The notes: generated by a model not told the origin, from the letters alone. Positions 8,947 through 19,791 are shown, numbered from the stretch's first letter. The stretch: 64,000 nucleotides of DNA from Betaproteobacteria bacterium (GCA_025356655.1 JANXRW010000037.1:17175-81174), one strand, 5' to 3'. Translations and numbers: made by a program.

Positions 8947-9717
8947 CTATTGCTGTCGCGCCACTTCTGCAGCGTCGGGCGTCTCGTCGACGTCCACGGC
9001 CTCCCCGCGCAACGGCGGATTGGGGGTCTCCGGTGGCGCTTCCGATCCCGTCTCGCCCGGGCTTTCGGCCCCCTCCTCAGGTGACACCTCGCCCTGCAGG
9101 GTCACCTGTGCGCCGTTCTTTTCCTCGCTCGGCACTGCCGCCTGGGCGAGCAACCCTGCCTGGGCGGGCGCCTCCGTCACCACGAGGTTGCCTAATTCTT
9201 GCAGCGGAGGCAACTCTTCCAGCGAGCGAAGTTGCAGATCGTTCAACAAGCCGACCGTAGTGCTGTAGAGGGCCGGGCGCCCAGGCGTCTCGCGATGGCC
9301 CACCACTTCGATCCAGCCGCGGGATTCGAGCGTGCGCAGCACGCCGGCGGAGACGGACACGCCGCGGATACTTTCGATGTCACCGCGCGTGACCGGTTGC
9401 CGATACGCGATGATGGCGAGCGTCTCCATTACGGCGCGGGAATAGCGCGGCGCCTTCTGCGGATCGAGCCTATCCAGAAAGCGCTGGAACTCGGCACGCC
9501 CCTGGAAGCGCCACCCACCGGCAACCCGAACGAGTTCCGCTCCGCGGTGCTTCCAGTCCAGTTGCAGGTCCTCCAGCAACCGCCGTACCAAGTCCTGGCT
9601 CACGGCGCCATCGAACAGCCGACACAACTCGGCTACCGGCAAGGGTTCGTCGGTCACCAGCAAGGCCGCCTCCAGCACCGCCTTCAGGTGGCTCGGATCA
9701 TCCAGCGAGAATTCCAT
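8947..9717 (-). CDS. scpB: Segregation and condensation protein B
   Basis: From ORF 8947..9717. The motif ETLAIIAYRQPVTRGDIESIRGVSVSAGVLRTLESRGWIEVVGHRETPGRPALYSTT is typical of ScpB. It has a long acidic/Pro-rich C-terminal tail. Confidence 0.9.
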   Translation of the reverse strand: MEFSLDDPSHLKAVLEAALLVTDEPLPVAELCRLFDGAVSQDLVRRLLEDLQLDWKHRGAELVRVAGGWRFQGRAEFQRFLDRLDPQKAPRYSRAVMETLAIIAYRQPVTRGDIESIRGVSVSAGVLRTLESRGWIEVVGHRETPGRPALYSTTVGLLNDLQLRSLEELPPLQELGNLVVTEAPAQAGLLAQAAVPSEEKNGAQVTLQGEVSPEEGAESPGETGSEAPPETPNPPLRGEAVDVDETPDAAEVARQQ

Positions 9718-10519
9718 GGCGAAGCTTCACGTAAATGGGGGAAAACGCGCCCTGCTGGGTGATCTGGATCAGGCTCTCCCGGGCCAGTTCCAACAGGGCA
9801 AGAAAGGTGACCACCAGATGCCCGGAACCAAGGACCGGGTCAAACAGGTCGCAAAACTCCATAAACCCAACGCCCTGGAGCCGCTTCAATAGGCTCGACA
9901 TGCGCTCGCGCACGGAGAGCGGCTCGTGCCCGATGCGGTGATGGGCTGTCGTCTTGGCTCGTGCCAACAGCCCAACCCAGGCTTGGCGCAGGTCCTCGAC
10001 GTCCACCTCGGGCAAGCGCTCCACTGCGACGCGCTCGAGCAACACGCTGACCACCGCGAAATCCCGGCCCCGCTGTGGCAGCGCGTCGAGTTGCCGCGCG
10101 GCCTCCTTCATCTGCTCGTATTCCAGCAGGCGCCGCACCAGTTCTGCCCGGGGATCGGCCGCCTCCTTGTCCGGCAACGTGGGTTTGGGCAGGAGCAGCC
10201 GCGACTTGATCTCGACGAGCAATGCCGCCATGAGGAGATATTCCGCAGCGAGTTCCCATTGGGCGGCGTCCATCACTTCCACGTAGGCCATGTACTGGGC
10301 GGTGAGCCTCGCCATGGGGATGTCCAGGACATCGAGGTTATGGCGGCGAATCAGATAGAGCAGCAGGTCCAGGGGCCCTTCAAAGGCCTCCAGCACGATG
10401 CGCAGGGCCTCTGGGGGGATAAAAAGGTCGGCCGGGACCTCGGAGAGAAGTTCGCCGTAGATCCGCGCAAAAGGCAGCGGATTTACCACTGCCGGTGGGG
10501 CGGCTGCAAGCATGTTCAA
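9698..10519 (-). CDS. scpA: Segregation and condensation protein A (kleisin)
   Basis: From ORF 9698..10519. It carries the FEGPLDLLLYLIRRHNLDVLDIPMARLTAQYMAYVEVM signature. It overlaps the scpB start by 20 nt. Confidence 0.9.
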   Translation of the reverse strand: MNMLAAAPPAVVNPLPFARIYGELLSEVPADLFIPPEALRIVLEAFEGPLDLLLYLIRRHNLDVLDIPMARLTAQYMAYVEVMDAAQWELAAEYLLMAALLVEIKSRLLLPKPTLPDKEAADPRAELVRRLLEYEQMKEAARQLDALPQRGRDFAVVSVLLERVAVERLPEVDVEDLRQAWVGLLARAKTTAHHRIGHEPLSVRERMSSLLKRLQGVGFMEFCDLFDPVLGSGHLVVTFLALLELARESLIQITQQGAFSPIYVKLRHGILAG

Positions 10520-10687
10520 GCCTGTGCGGCAGAACAGGCACCGTCAGGGGCAGGCCCGGCGGGCTGATCGGATGGGGTTTTGAGGTTCAAGGCGTTCGGG
10601 TTCCAGCGGGGATTATCCGCCAATCAAGCGAGGCCTTCCAGTGCGCAGACCGGCCTCCGACCTGCAGCGGGCCACCCGCCCTTGGGC

Positions 10688-10714
10688 TAAAGCGCTTGAA
10701 CGGCCTGCCGTTAA
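10688..10714 (+). promoter_or_regulatory. Sigma-28 (FliA)-type promoter upstream of cheV (TAAA-N15-GCCGTTAA)
   Basis: TAAA at 10688-10691, exactly 15 nt, then GCCGTTAA at 10707-10714. The consensus is TAAA-N15-GCCGATAA. It lies about 120 nt upstream of the cheV start. Confidence 0.6.
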
Positions 10715-10836
10715 AAAGAAAGAGGGAGTCGCAAGGGTTGAACTAAACCTCTGCTGCCCGGCACCGTAAACAGCATCAGGGCTCCCCCAAGCCGGATTTC
10801 ACCGGTACGAGTCGGTTGCACTGGAGAACGCACCCT

Positions 10837-11787
10837 ATGTCGGATCTGCTCAGGCAAGTCGATGCGCGCACGAAGCTCGCTGGCAACAACAAGCTCGAGA
10901 TTCTGCTCTTCTGCCTCGGCACCGATACCCGGACCGGACGCAAGGAGACCTACGGCATCAACGTGTTCAAGGTTCGGGAGGTCATGCGAACGCCCGAAAT
11001 CACCCGCGCGCCCGACATGCCAACGGCCGTGGAGGGTATGGTCAGCTTACGTGGCGCGCTCGTACCCGTCGTCGACTTGGCGCGCTTCGCCAACATGCCC
11101 GTGGAGGGCAAGCCCGAGATCATGATCGTGACCGAATACAACGGTCACACGCAGGCTTTTTTGGTGGAGGCCGTGGATACGATCCTGCGCCTGGACTGGT
11201 CCGCGATGAAGGTGCCGCCGGACATGCTGGTCCGGCAGAACGGCGGGCTAGTGACTGCCGTAACAGAACTCGAGGGCGGCCGCTTGGTGATGATGCTCGA
11301 TGTCGAGCGCGTCCTCTCGGAGGTGGCGGCGGTGGATGACGAGATGATATTCCGCGGCCTAACGCCCATCGATCTGCCCGACCGGACCATCCTGTTCGCC
11401 GACGATTCCTCGGTGGCGCGCAAACAGATAGCACGCACCCTGGACGCGCTGCAAATAAAGCACGTCTCCACGACCAACGGCCGCCAAGCCCTGGAGGAGT
11501 TGGAGAAAATCGCTGAATACGCGGCGGCCAATCGCAAGAAGATCACCGATTGCATCCAGGTGATTCTCACCGACGTGGAGATGCCGGAGATGGACGGATT
11601 CATCCTGACCAAGCGCATCAAGTCCGATGCCCGGTTCGCCGGCATCCCGGTGGTCATGCACTCCTCGCTCTCGGGCCAGCAGAACCAACTCCTGGGCCAA
11701 TCCGTGGGGGTGGACGAGTATGTGTCGAAGTTTGAGCCGAAGCGCTTAGCGGAAGTGCTCACCCGCCGCCTGCAAAGTGCTGCCTGA
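10837..11787 (+). CDS. cheV: CheV (CheW-like domain plus receiver domain), copy 1
   Basis: From ORF 10816..11787. ATG 10837 lies about 10 nt after GGAG. The CheW-like part reads KLEILLFCLG...YGINVFKVREVMRTPEITRAPDMPTAVEGMVSLRGALVPVVDL. The REC part reads ILFADDSSVARKQI...VILTDVEMPEMDGF. Confidence 0.9.
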   Translation: MSDLLRQVDARTKLAGNNKLEILLFCLGTDTRTGRKETYGINVFKVREVMRTPEITRAPDMPTAVEGMVSLRGALVPVVDLARFANMPVEGKPEIMIVTEYNGHTQAFLVEAVDTILRLDWSAMKVPPDMLVRQNGGLVTAVTELEGGRLVMMLDVERVLSEVAAVDDEMIFRGLTPIDLPDRTILFADDSSVARKQIARTLDALQIKHVSTTNGRQALEELEKIAEYAAANRKKITDCIQVILTDVEMPEMDGFILTKRIKSDARFAGIPVVMHSSLSGQQNQLLGQSVGVDEYVSKFEPKRLAEVLTRRLQSAA

Positions 11788-11800
11788 GGAGGGCCCGAGC

Positions 11801-12760
11801 GTGCAGATCCAAGAAAACAGTCCCAGCAGCTTTGGCAATCCGAACCTTTTGGACAACATCGACGCCCGGACCAAGCTGGCAAGCTCCAACAAGATGGAGA
11901 TCCTGCTCTTCAGCCTGGGGACCCGCGAGACGTTCGGCATCAACGTCTTCAAGGTGCGTGAAGTCACCCGGACGCCGCCAATCACCAAGACCCCCAATAT
12001 GCCCGACGGCGTGGAAGGCGTCATTTCGTTGCGCGGCAACATCATCCCTGTCATCAGCCTCGCGCGCTTCCTAAACCGCGCGGACATCCCCGAAGGCGTC
12101 GGCGGCACCATGATGGTCACCGAGTACAGCCGCCGCACCCAGGGTTTCCTGGTACACAGCGTGGACCGCATCGTGCGCGTGGACTGGGACAAAGTCCGCT
12201 CCCCCGAATCGGTCGTCAGCGGCGCCGACGCGCTGATCACTGCCATTACCGAACTCCCTGAGAACAAGCTGGTGTCCATCCTGGATGTGGAGCAAATTCT
12301 GGTGAATGCCTTCGGCGAGGTGGCGATCCCCAGCCTGGAGCCGGTGGAGCGCGCGACCCAAGCCAGCATATTCTTCGTGGATGACTCCATGGTTGCCCGG
12401 AAGGAGATTGGACAGGTACTTGATCGCTTGGCGGTGAAGGCGCACCAAGCGAACAACGGCCGAGAGGCCTGGGAGCGGCTACAGGCCATCGCCCAGCGCT
12501 CAGTGCAGGACAACGTCCCGCTACGTGACTCGCTCAACGTCATTCTCGTGGACGCCGAAATGCCAGAGATGGACGGCTACGTGCTCACACGCCACATCAA
12601 GGCCGATGCCCGATTCAGCGGCATCCCCGTGGTCATGCACTCCTCGCTCTCCTCCACCGCCAACCGGGCCATGGGCCAGTCGGTGGGCGTGGACGCCTAT
12701 GTCGCAAAATTTGATCCGGTGGTACTGGCCGATACCTTGCGGCCCTTGCTATCCCGCTGA
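11801..12760 (+). CDS. cheV: CheV (CheW-like domain plus receiver domain), copy 2
   Basis: From ORF 11777..12760. The likely start is GTG 11801, after GAGGAG. It has the same architecture as copy 1 (KMEILLFSLGTRETFGINVFKVREVTRTPPITKTPNMPDGVEGVISLRGNIIPVISL; IFFVDDSMVARKEI...VILVDAEMPEMDGY). Confidence 0.88.
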   Translation: MQIQENSPSSFGNPNLLDNIDARTKLASSNKMEILLFSLGTRETFGINVFKVREVTRTPPITKTPNMPDGVEGVISLRGNIIPVISLARFLNRADIPEGVGGTMMVTEYSRRTQGFLVHSVDRIVRVDWDKVRSPESVVSGADALITAITELPENKLVSILDVEQILVNAFGEVAIPSLEPVERATQASIFFVDDSMVARKEIGQVLDRLAVKAHQANNGREAWERLQAIAQRSVQDNVPLRDSLNVILVDAEMPEMDGYVLTRHIKADARFSGIPVVMHSSLSSTANRAMGQSVGVDAYVAKFDPVVLADTLRPLLSR

Positions 12761-12835
12761 CCGGGAGGTTACCGCGATCGGGTGCGCGCCGTCGGCGCAC
12801 TAAAGTATTCGTGGCTTCGGAGGATATTGGTTTCC

Positions 12836-13240
12836 ATGCAAAAAACTGATCTCAAATTCCTAGTGGTGGACGACTTCTCCACCATGCGCCGGATCGTGCG
12901 CAACCTGCTCAAGGAACTGGGCTTCACCAACGTGGACGAGGCCGAGGATGGCGTCGCCGCGCTGCAGAAGCTGCGCTCCGGAAGCTTCGACTTCGTCGTG
13001 TCCGACTGGAACATGCCGAACATGACCGGCATCGAGCTGCTGCGCGCCGTGCGCGCCGAAGCAAGCCTGCAGCACTTGCCCGTGCTCATGATCACGGCGG
13101 AGGCGAAGAAGGAAAACATCATCGAGGCGGCCCAGGCTGGCGCCAGCGGCTACATCGTCAAGCCTTTCACTGCCGCAACGTTGGACGAAAAATTAAACAA
13201 GATCTTCCAGGCGATGCAGAAAACAGGAGCATTGGCATGA
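12836..13240 (+). CDS. cheY: Chemotaxis response regulator CheY
   Basis: ATG 12836 within ORF 12782..13240. The sequence [25 protein letters not shown]...[18 protein letters not shown]...[10 protein letters not shown] is a classic CheY. Confidence 0.95.
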   Translation: MQKTDLKFLVVDDFSTMRRIVRNLLKELGFTNVDEAEDGVAALQKLRSGSFDFVVSDWNMPNMTGIELLRAVRAEASLQHLPVLMITAEAKKENIIEAAQAGASGYIVKPFTAATLDEKLNKIFQAMQKTGALA

Positions 13241-13998
13241 GCGTGGCGGCACCGACGAAGAACGCTGGCCCTTCGGACGACAGCGACGAACTCGAGGGTC
13301 TCTTCGATAGCATCCTGGCGGCAAACCGCCCGCCGGCAGCGGAGCCTCAGCCCGCACCGAAGGCCGCCGTAGTGGCCCATCCGCCCGGAGACTGCCCGGC
13401 CGATCACGTCATCTCCCAACTGGGCCAACTCACGCGCCGCCTGCACGACACGCTGCGCGAACTCGGCCACGACGGCCTCGTGGAAAAGGCGACGCAAGCC
13501 ATTCCGGATGCCCGCCAACGCCTCGCCTACGTGGCTACCATGACCGAACAGGCGGCGAGCCGCACGCTCAACGCCATCGAGGCGAGCAAGCCACTCCAGG
13601 ATGCTCTCGGTGCCGATGCAACGCGCATGGCGGACGCCTGGGAGCGCGTGTTCTCTGGTGACTTGGGCGCCGAGGATTTCAAGCGCTTGGCTGACGACAC
13701 CCGCCTCTATCTGCGCCGGGTGGCGGACACCACGCGGACGACCGGTGATCACCTGATGGAGATCATGATGGCCCAGGACTTCCAGGACCTGACCGGCCAG
13801 GTGATCAAGAAAATCACCGACGTCGCGCAGGACCTGGAACAACAGATGGTGCAATTGCTGGTGGACAACATCCCCACCGAGCGACGCGATGAGGCCAAGG
13901 GCACGCTGGCCGGGCCAGTCATTAGCGGCGCGGCCCGCAACGACTCGGTCACCAGCCAGACGCAGGTGGACGAGTTGCTCGAGAGCTTGGGCTTCTGA
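13237..13998 (+). CDS. cheZ: CheY-P phosphatase CheZ
   Basis: ATGA overlap with the cheY stop. It carries the conserved [18 protein letters not shown] motif and the C-terminal CheY-binding peptide [14 protein letters not shown]. Confidence 0.9.
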   Translation: MSVAAPTKNAGPSDDSDELEGLFDSILAANRPPAAEPQPAPKAAVVAHPPGDCPADHVISQLGQLTRRLHDTLRELGHDGLVEKATQAIPDARQRLAYVATMTEQAASRTLNAIEASKPLQDALGADATRMADAWERVFSGDLGAEDFKRLADDTRLYLRRVADTTRTTGDHLMEIMMAQDFQDLTGQVIKKITDVAQDLEQQMVQLLVDNIPTERRDEAKGTLAGPVISGAARNDSVTSQTQVDELLESLGF

Positions 13999-14033
13999 GC
14001 TTCACGGCGACGTTATAAGGAAGGGATGCGACG

Positions 14034-15926
14034 ATGAGTAGCTTTCAGGGCATGGAGGAACTGCTGCAGGACTTCCTCACCGAGGCCTCGGAACTCCTGG
14101 CCGATGTGGACAACAAGTTGGTGGAACTCGAGCGCCACCCCGACGATCGCCGCCTGCTCAACGACATCTTTCGCGGCTTCCACACCATCAAGGGCGGCGC
14201 AGGCTTTCTCAACGCGGGCCCGCTGGTGGACCTGTGCCACCTGACGGAGAACCTCTTCGACCGCCTGCGCACCGGCGAACTGCGGGTGACCAAGGCAATC
14301 ATGGACGTCATCATGGACGCCACGACGCTGGTGCGCGAGATGTTCGGCTACTTGTCGCAGTCGGCCATGCCACCGCATCCGGACCCGATGTTCCTGGACG
14401 TCTTGCGCGAGATCGTATTCGAGGAACCGCCAGCACCTGCGCCAGTAGCCGCCAGCACGCCCGCGCCCGCTGCCTTGGCACCCGGACAGGTCGACTGGGC
14501 CGCGCTCTATGCGGCAGTGACCCCTGCGCCGCAGCCTTCCTCCATTGCAGCCGCCGAGGTGATCATGCATCCCACCGCACAACCTGCCGCCAACCACCCG
14601 CAGCGCCGGGAAGCCGACGCGGTTCCCGATGAGGCGCATCCCCAAGGCCGGCGCGCGACCGATTACCCAGAGGGCGAAGGGGCGCGCACGGGGCGGCGCG
14701 ATTCGGACAAGGTAGCCGTCTCGCCCGAGTCAACGATCCGCGTCGATACTGCCCGCCTGGACCAAGTGCTGAACCTGTCCGGCGAGATCGGCTTGGCAAA
14801 GAACCGCCTCACCTGCCTGCGCACCGACCTGCTATCGGGGAAGACCGATCCTGAGACGCTGCGCGCGGTGGACCAAGCGGTAAGCCACTTGGACCTCCTG
14901 GTGGGAGACCTGCAGAACGCGGTCATGAAAACCCGCATGCAGCCCGTGGGCCGCCTGTTCCAGAAGTACCCGCGCCTCGCGCGCGAACTGGCGCGGCAGT
15001 TAGGCAAGGAAGTGGAAGTCGAGATCCTGGGCGAGGAAACCGAGCTCGACAAGACGATGATCGAGGACCTTGGCGATCCGCTGGTGCATCTGGTCCGCAA
15101 CGCCGTGGATCACGGCATCGAACCGGCGGCGGACCGCAGGGCGGCGAACAAGGCTGAGAAGAGCATCCTGCGCCTATCTGCGGAGCAGGTGGGCGATCAT
15201 ATCCTGCTACAGGTCCGCGATGATGGCCGCGGCATGCGTCCTGACGTGCTGCGCCGCAAGGCCGTGGAGAAAGGCCTGATCGACGATGAAGCCGCCGCCA
15301 ATATGACCGACGACGAAGCGCTCAAGCTGATCTTCCTGCCCGGGTTCTCCACCAAGGCCGACATCAGTAGCGTCTCAGGACGCGGCGTCGGCATGGACGT
15401 GGTGAAAACCAACATCCAGAAGCTCAACGGGCGCATCGAGATCGAATCGGTCGTGGGCGAAGGTACGACCTTCAACATCTTCCTGCCGCTGACGCTGGCC
15501 ATCCTCCCCGTGCTGGTGCTCCGCGTGGGCGAACAGGCCTTCGCCGTGCCGCTCGCCCTGGTGCGCGAAATCATTGCGATCGATCCCGCCACGGTCCAGG
15601 AAGTCTCGGGCCGGGCGACGATGATGATCCGTGATCAGTTGCTTCCCATCCGCTCGCTGAGCAACCTAATCGGCTGGCCGCAAACCCGCCCGCCAGCCTA
15701 CGGGGTCCTGATGCAAACGGCGATGCGCTCCTTCGTGCTGGCTGTCGACGGTTTCGTTGGTCGCGATGACGTGGTAATCAAACCACTGGAAGACATCAAA
15801 CCGCGTGGCATTGCCGGGGCCACGCTGTCTGGCGACGGCTCCGTTGTGCTGGTTCTCGACATGGAGGAACTGCTCGACAGCCCAGGCGAGGAGACGCGCA
15901 CCGCGCTCTTCGAGATGGCGGCCTGA
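14034..15926 (+). CDS. cheA: Chemotaxis histidine kinase CheA (P1, long Pro/Ala linker, P3-P4-P5; no recognisable P2)
   Basis: - AAGGAAGGG SD.
- HPt site FRGFHTIKGGAGFL.
- Dimerisation segment TIRVDTARLDQVLNLSGEIGLAKNRL.
- HATPase boxes (HLVRNAVDHGIE, DDGRGM, GRGVGMDVV).
- C-terminal CheW-like domain. Confidence 0.93.
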   Translation: MSSFQGMEELLQDFLTEASELLADVDNKLVELERHPDDRRLLNDIFRGFHTIKGGAGFLNAGPLVDLCHLTENLFDRLRTGELRVTKAIMDVIMDATTLVREMFGYLSQSAMPPHPDPMFLDVLREIVFEEPPAPAPVAASTPAPAALAPGQVDWAALYAAVTPAPQPSSIAAAEVIMHPTAQPAANHPQRREADAVPDEAHPQGRRATDYPEGEGARTGRRDSDKVAVSPESTIRVDTARLDQVLNLSGEIGLAKNRLTCLRTDLLSGKTDPETLRAVDQAVSHLDLLVGDLQNAVMKTRMQPVGRLFQKYPRLARELARQLGKEVEVEILGEETELDKTMIEDLGDPLVHLVRNAVDHGIEPAADRRAANKAEKSILRLSAEQVGDHILLQVRDDGRGMRPDVLRRKAVEKGLIDDEAAANMTDDEALKLIFLPGFSTKADISSVSGRGVGMDVVKTNIQKLNGRIEIESVVGEGTTFNIFLPLTLAILPVLVLRVGEQAFAVPLALVREIIAIDPATVQEVSGRATMMIRDQLLPIRSLSNLIGWPQTRPPAYGVLMQTAMRSFVLAVDGFVGRDDVVIKPLEDIKPRGIAGATLSGDGSVVLVLDMEELLDSPGEETRTALFEMAA

Positions 15927-15978
15927 CCCGCGGGGCCCATCAGTGACCCATCCGCATCTGCTGCAACGCCAGCCGGTC

Positions 15979-17118
15979 ATGAACCGCCGGCTGGAGATCC
16001 TTGGCTACGACCTGAAAGGCGCGGTGGCACTCACCGAATTGCATGACCACCTGGGTAACCCAGCCAACGATCGCAGCGTCATCGCCCGCCTAGCTAAGCG
16101 CTTCCTGATCACTCCCCCGGCCGAGGGTGGGCACTTGGCCGGCCCGAAAGAGCAGATGATCGCGGCCCTGCACTGGCAGGATGCGGACACCGCGGGTTTT
16201 CGCACCCATGCGGCCGAGTTAAAGACGCACGGGTTCCGGGTACTCGCCGATGTGGACGCTAGCGCCAACCCACCTCCCGAAGTACGCCGCGATGCGGCCT
16301 TTCTGCGCATCCAGGGGCGGGGACTGGGCAGGGCCCTGGAGCAGGCCTGCTCGCGCCTCTCCGCGCAGGGTAACAAGGTCATTGTGGCGGGACTCCCGGA
16401 CAACCGCAGCTTCGAGCAAGCCGCCCTGTCGGGGGCCGAGTTTTTCCAGGGCTTCTTCTTCAATGAGCCCAGCGTGGAGGCAGGACGCGCACTGAACCCC
16501 AACTACGCCAACATCGCCGCGCTGATGCAACTGACTCGCGACAACGCGCCGGCGGCAAAGCTCGAACAGGTTCTGAAGCGTGACGCAACGCTCTCCTTCC
16601 GGCTGCTTCGGTACATCAATAGCGCGGGCTTCGGCCTGTCCTGTGAGATCCAGTCCTTCCGCCACGCCATCGCCGTTCTGGGCTATCAGAACCTCTATCG
16701 CTGGCTCGCCTTGCTACTGGTGACCGCCGCGCGCCAGTCTGCGGCACCCGCCCTAGTCACCACCGCCATCACCCGTGGACGCCTGGGCGAACTGCTCGCC
16801 GAAGGACTGCTCGGTGGAGACGAGGCGGACAATCTGTTCATCGTCGGCGCGTTTTCGCTGCTGCCCGCCATCATGCGCACCCCTATCGAAAAACTCGTCG
16901 AGCAAATCCCCCTGGGCGAGGCCGTAGTCGATGCACTGTTCCGGCGCGAGGGTCCCTACGGCCCCTTCCTGCGCGTAGTGGAATTGCTGGAGGATCCCCG
17001 AGCGGACGAATCGACGGCCGATGAAATCATGGAACTCGCCAGCCTGCTGGGACTCACCGCTCGCAGCCTGAATCAGCGCCAGCTCGAAGCCATCGCCTGG
17101 GCTGAAAGCCTCGCCTGA
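15979..17118 (+). CDS. HDOD-domain signalling protein with an N-terminal degenerate EAL-like domain (YuxH-type)
   Basis: ATG 15979 within ORF 15805..17118 (GTG 15943 is also possible). The C-terminal segment LKRDATLSFRLLRYINSAGFGLSCEIQSFRHAIAVLGYQNLYRWLALLLV is an HDOD signature. Confidence 0.75.
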   Translation: MNRRLEILGYDLKGAVALTELHDHLGNPANDRSVIARLAKRFLITPPAEGGHLAGPKEQMIAALHWQDADTAGFRTHAAELKTHGFRVLADVDASANPPPEVRRDAAFLRIQGRGLGRALEQACSRLSAQGNKVIVAGLPDNRSFEQAALSGAEFFQGFFFNEPSVEAGRALNPNYANIAALMQLTRDNAPAAKLEQVLKRDATLSFRLLRYINSAGFGLSCEIQSFRHAIAVLGYQNLYRWLALLLVTAARQSAAPALVTTAITRGRLGELLAEGLLGGDEADNLFIVGAFSLLPAIMRTPIEKLVEQIPLGEAVVDALFRREGPYGPFLRVVELLEDPRADESTADEIMELASLLGLTARSLNQRQLEAIAWAESLA

Positions 17119-17152
17119 GCCCGCGTTAGCAGCCTACAAGCCCGCAGCCCTG

Positions 17153-19759
17153 TCAGGCTGCCGGAAGCGGCGCTTTTTCAGGCTCGGCCGTGAAGGTAAA
17201 CACCCCGTGCCGGCAGTCTACCCGCACCGTCTCCTTGGGCTTAATGGTTCCGTCGAGGATACGCCGCGACAGCGGGTTCTCCAGGGACGACTGAATGGCG
17301 CGCTTGAGCGGCCGCGCGCCATAGACGGGGTCGAAGCCGCCTCGGGCCAGTTCGTCGACTGCCGCATCGCTCACCTCGAGGGCCATGTCCAGGGCGCCGA
17401 GGCGCTTTTCCAAGGTGCGCAGTTGGATTCGCGCGATGGCGCGGATGTGCCGCTCGTCGAGCGCGTGGAAGACCACGACCTCGTCGATACGGTTGACGAA
17501 CTCCGGCCGAAAGGTGGACTTTACCTCGGCCATGACGGCAAGCTTCACGACCCCGTAATCATCGCCTGACATCTGTTGGATCATCTGCGAACCCAAGTTC
17601 GAGGTCATCACGATGACCGTGTTCTTGAAATCCACCGTACGGCCCTTGCCATCGGTCATTCGCCCGTCGTCTAGCACCTGAAGGAGAACATTGAAGACGT
17701 CGGGATGCGCCTTCTCCACTTCGTCGAGCAAGATGACGCTGTAGGGCTTGCGTCTAACCGCCTCGGTCAAATAGCCACCTTCCTCGTAGCCTACATAGCC
17801 GGGTGGCGCGCCGATGAGACGGGCCACGGAGTGCTTCTCCATAAACTCCGACATGTCGATGCGGATCAGGTGATCCTCGGAATCGAAGAGGAAGCCAGCT
17901 AGTGCCTTGCATAGCTCCGTCTTCCCCACGCCCGTGGGTCCGAGCAACAGGAAGGAGCCGTAGGGCCGGCCTGGATCACCTAGCCCCGCGCGCGAGCGGC
18001 GGATGGCCTCGGAGACCAGGCGCACGGCCTCGTCTTGGCCAACGACGCGCTCGTGCAGGTGATCCTCCATGTGGAGCAACTTCTCGCGCTCACCCTGCAT
18101 CATCTTCGACACCGGGATACCGGTGGCACGCGACACCACATCGGCAATCTCCTCGGCGCCGACCTGGGTGCGCAGCAGGCGGTGCTTGGCCTGCGGCGTC
18201 CCAGCCGTCTCGGCGTGCTTGAGTTGTGACTCCAATTGCGGCATCCGCCCGTATTGGAGTTCCGAGAGCGTCTGCCAGTCACCCTTACGCCGCGCTGACT
18301 CCATGTCTACCTTGAGGTGCTCGAGCTGTTCCTTGATTTTCTGGGAGCCCTGGACCTGCGCCTTCTCGGCCTTCCAGATTTCCTCAAGGTCGGAGTAGTC
18401 GCGCTCGAGCGTGGTGATCTCCGCTTCGATCAGGCCCAGACGCCGGCGCGATCCCTCGTCCTTCTCCCTGCGCACGGCCTCGCGCTCGATTTTTAGCTGG
18501 ATCAGCCGTCGCTCGAGCCGGTCCAGTTCCTCGGGCTTGGAGTCGATCTCCATCTTGATGCGTGCTCCCGCCTCGTCAATAAGATCGATGGCTTTGTCGG
18601 GGAGAAACCGATCCGTGATGTAGCGGTGCGAGAGTTCGGCCGCAGCCACGATGGCAGGGTCGGTGATCTCCACGCCGTGGTGCACTTCGTATTTCTCCTG
18701 AAGCCCGCGCAGGATGGCGATGGTGTCCGCCACGCTGGGCTCGTCCACCAACACTTTTTGGAAGCGCCGCTCCAGGGCGGCATCCTTTTCGATGTACTTG
18801 CGGTATTCATCCAATGTCGTCGCGCCGATGCAGTGCAGTTCGCCACGCGACAGTGCCGGCTTCAACATATTGCCCGCATCCAGGGCGCCTTCGGCCTTGC
18901 CCGCACCCACCATGGTGTGAATCTCGTCGATGAAGACAATGGTGCGGCCTTCGTCCTGGGATACCTCCCGCAGTACGGATTTCAGCCGCTCCTCGAATTC
19001 GCCGCGGTACTTGGCCCCAGCGAGCAGCGCTGCCATGTCCAACACCAGGACACGCTTATCCTTCAGCGTCTCTGGCACCTCGCCGTTGACGATACGCTGG
19101 GCGAGGCCCTCGACGATGGCCGTCTTGCCCACGCCGGGCTCCCCGATGAGCACCGGGTTGTTCTTCGTACGCCGCTGCAGGATCTGGATGGTGCGACGAA
19201 TCTCGTCGTCACGCCCGATCACCGGGTCGAGCTTTCCCAAGCGGGCACGCTCCGTCAGGTCCAGCGTGTATTTCTCCAAGGCCTGGCGCTGCCCCTCGCT
19301 CTCGGCCCCACTCACAGGCTGGCCTCCGCGCAGCGTCTCCACCGCACGTTCCAGAGGGGCGCGAGAAGCGCCATGTTCCTTCAGCAATCGGCCGATCTCA
19401 CCTCGATCCTCCACTGCCGCGAGCAGGAAGAGTTCCGAGGCGACGAACTGGTCTGCGCGCTTTTGCGCCAGCTTGTCCGTGACGTTGAGCAGATTCGCCA
19501 ACTCCCGAGACAGGGTTATTTCGCCCCCCGTGCCTTCGACGCGTGGCAGCCGCTCCAGGCTCGCGCGCAAGGCCTCTTTCAGCGGCGTCACGGCAATATT
19601 GGCGCGCGAGAGCAAGGAGGCCGTACTACCGTCTTGCTGCTCGAGCAATGCGAGCAGCAGGTGCTGAGGCTCGATATAGCCGTTGTCGCGGCCCACCGCC
19701 AGGCTCTGGGCGTCGGCAAAGGCCTGTTGGAAGCGGGTCGTGAACTTGTCAAAGCGCAT
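17153..19759 (-). CDS. clpB: ATP-dependent disaggregase ClpB
   Basis: An 868-aa ORF with two AAA+ modules (GEPGVGKT; GPTGVGKTE), a coiled-coil middle domain and a Clp_N N-terminus. Confidence 0.97.
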   Translation of the reverse strand: MRFDKFTTRFQQAFADAQSLAVGRDNGYIEPQHLLLALLEQQDGSTASLLSRANIAVTPLKEALRASLERLPRVEGTGGEITLSRELANLLNVTDKLAQKRADQFVASELFLLAAVEDRGEIGRLLKEHGASRAPLERAVETLRGGQPVSGAESEGQRQALEKYTLDLTERARLGKLDPVIGRDDEIRRTIQILQRRTKNNPVLIGEPGVGKTAIVEGLAQRIVNGEVPETLKDKRVLVLDMAALLAGAKYRGEFEERLKSVLREVSQDEGRTIVFIDEIHTMVGAGKAEGALDAGNMLKPALSRGELHCIGATTLDEYRKYIEKDAALERRFQKVLVDEPSVADTIAILRGLQEKYEVHHGVEITDPAIVAAAELSHRYITDRFLPDKAIDLIDEAGARIKMEIDSKPEELDRLERRLIQLKIEREAVRREKDEGSRRRLGLIEAEITTLERDYSDLEEIWKAEKAQVQGSQKIKEQLEHLKVDMESARRKGDWQTLSELQYGRMPQLESQLKHAETAGTPQAKHRLLRTQVGAEEIADVVSRATGIPVSKMMQGEREKLLHMEDHLHERVVGQDEAVRLVSEAIRRSRAGLGDPGRPYGSFLLLGPTGVGKTELCKALAGFLFDSEDHLIRIDMSEFMEKHSVARLIGAPPGYVGYEEGGYLTEAVRRKPYSVILLDEVEKAHPDVFNVLLQVLDDGRMTDGKGRTVDFKNTVIVMTSNLGSQMIQQMSGDDYGVVKLAVMAEVKSTFRPEFVNRIDEVVVFHALDERHIRAIARIQLRTLEKRLGALDMALEVSDAAVDELARGGFDPVYGARPLKRAIQSSLENPLSRRILDGTIKPKETVRVDCRHGVFTFTAEPEKAPLPAA

Positions 19760-19791
19760 GGAGTTAACTCCCGGTATATTTGCGTGTGGTG

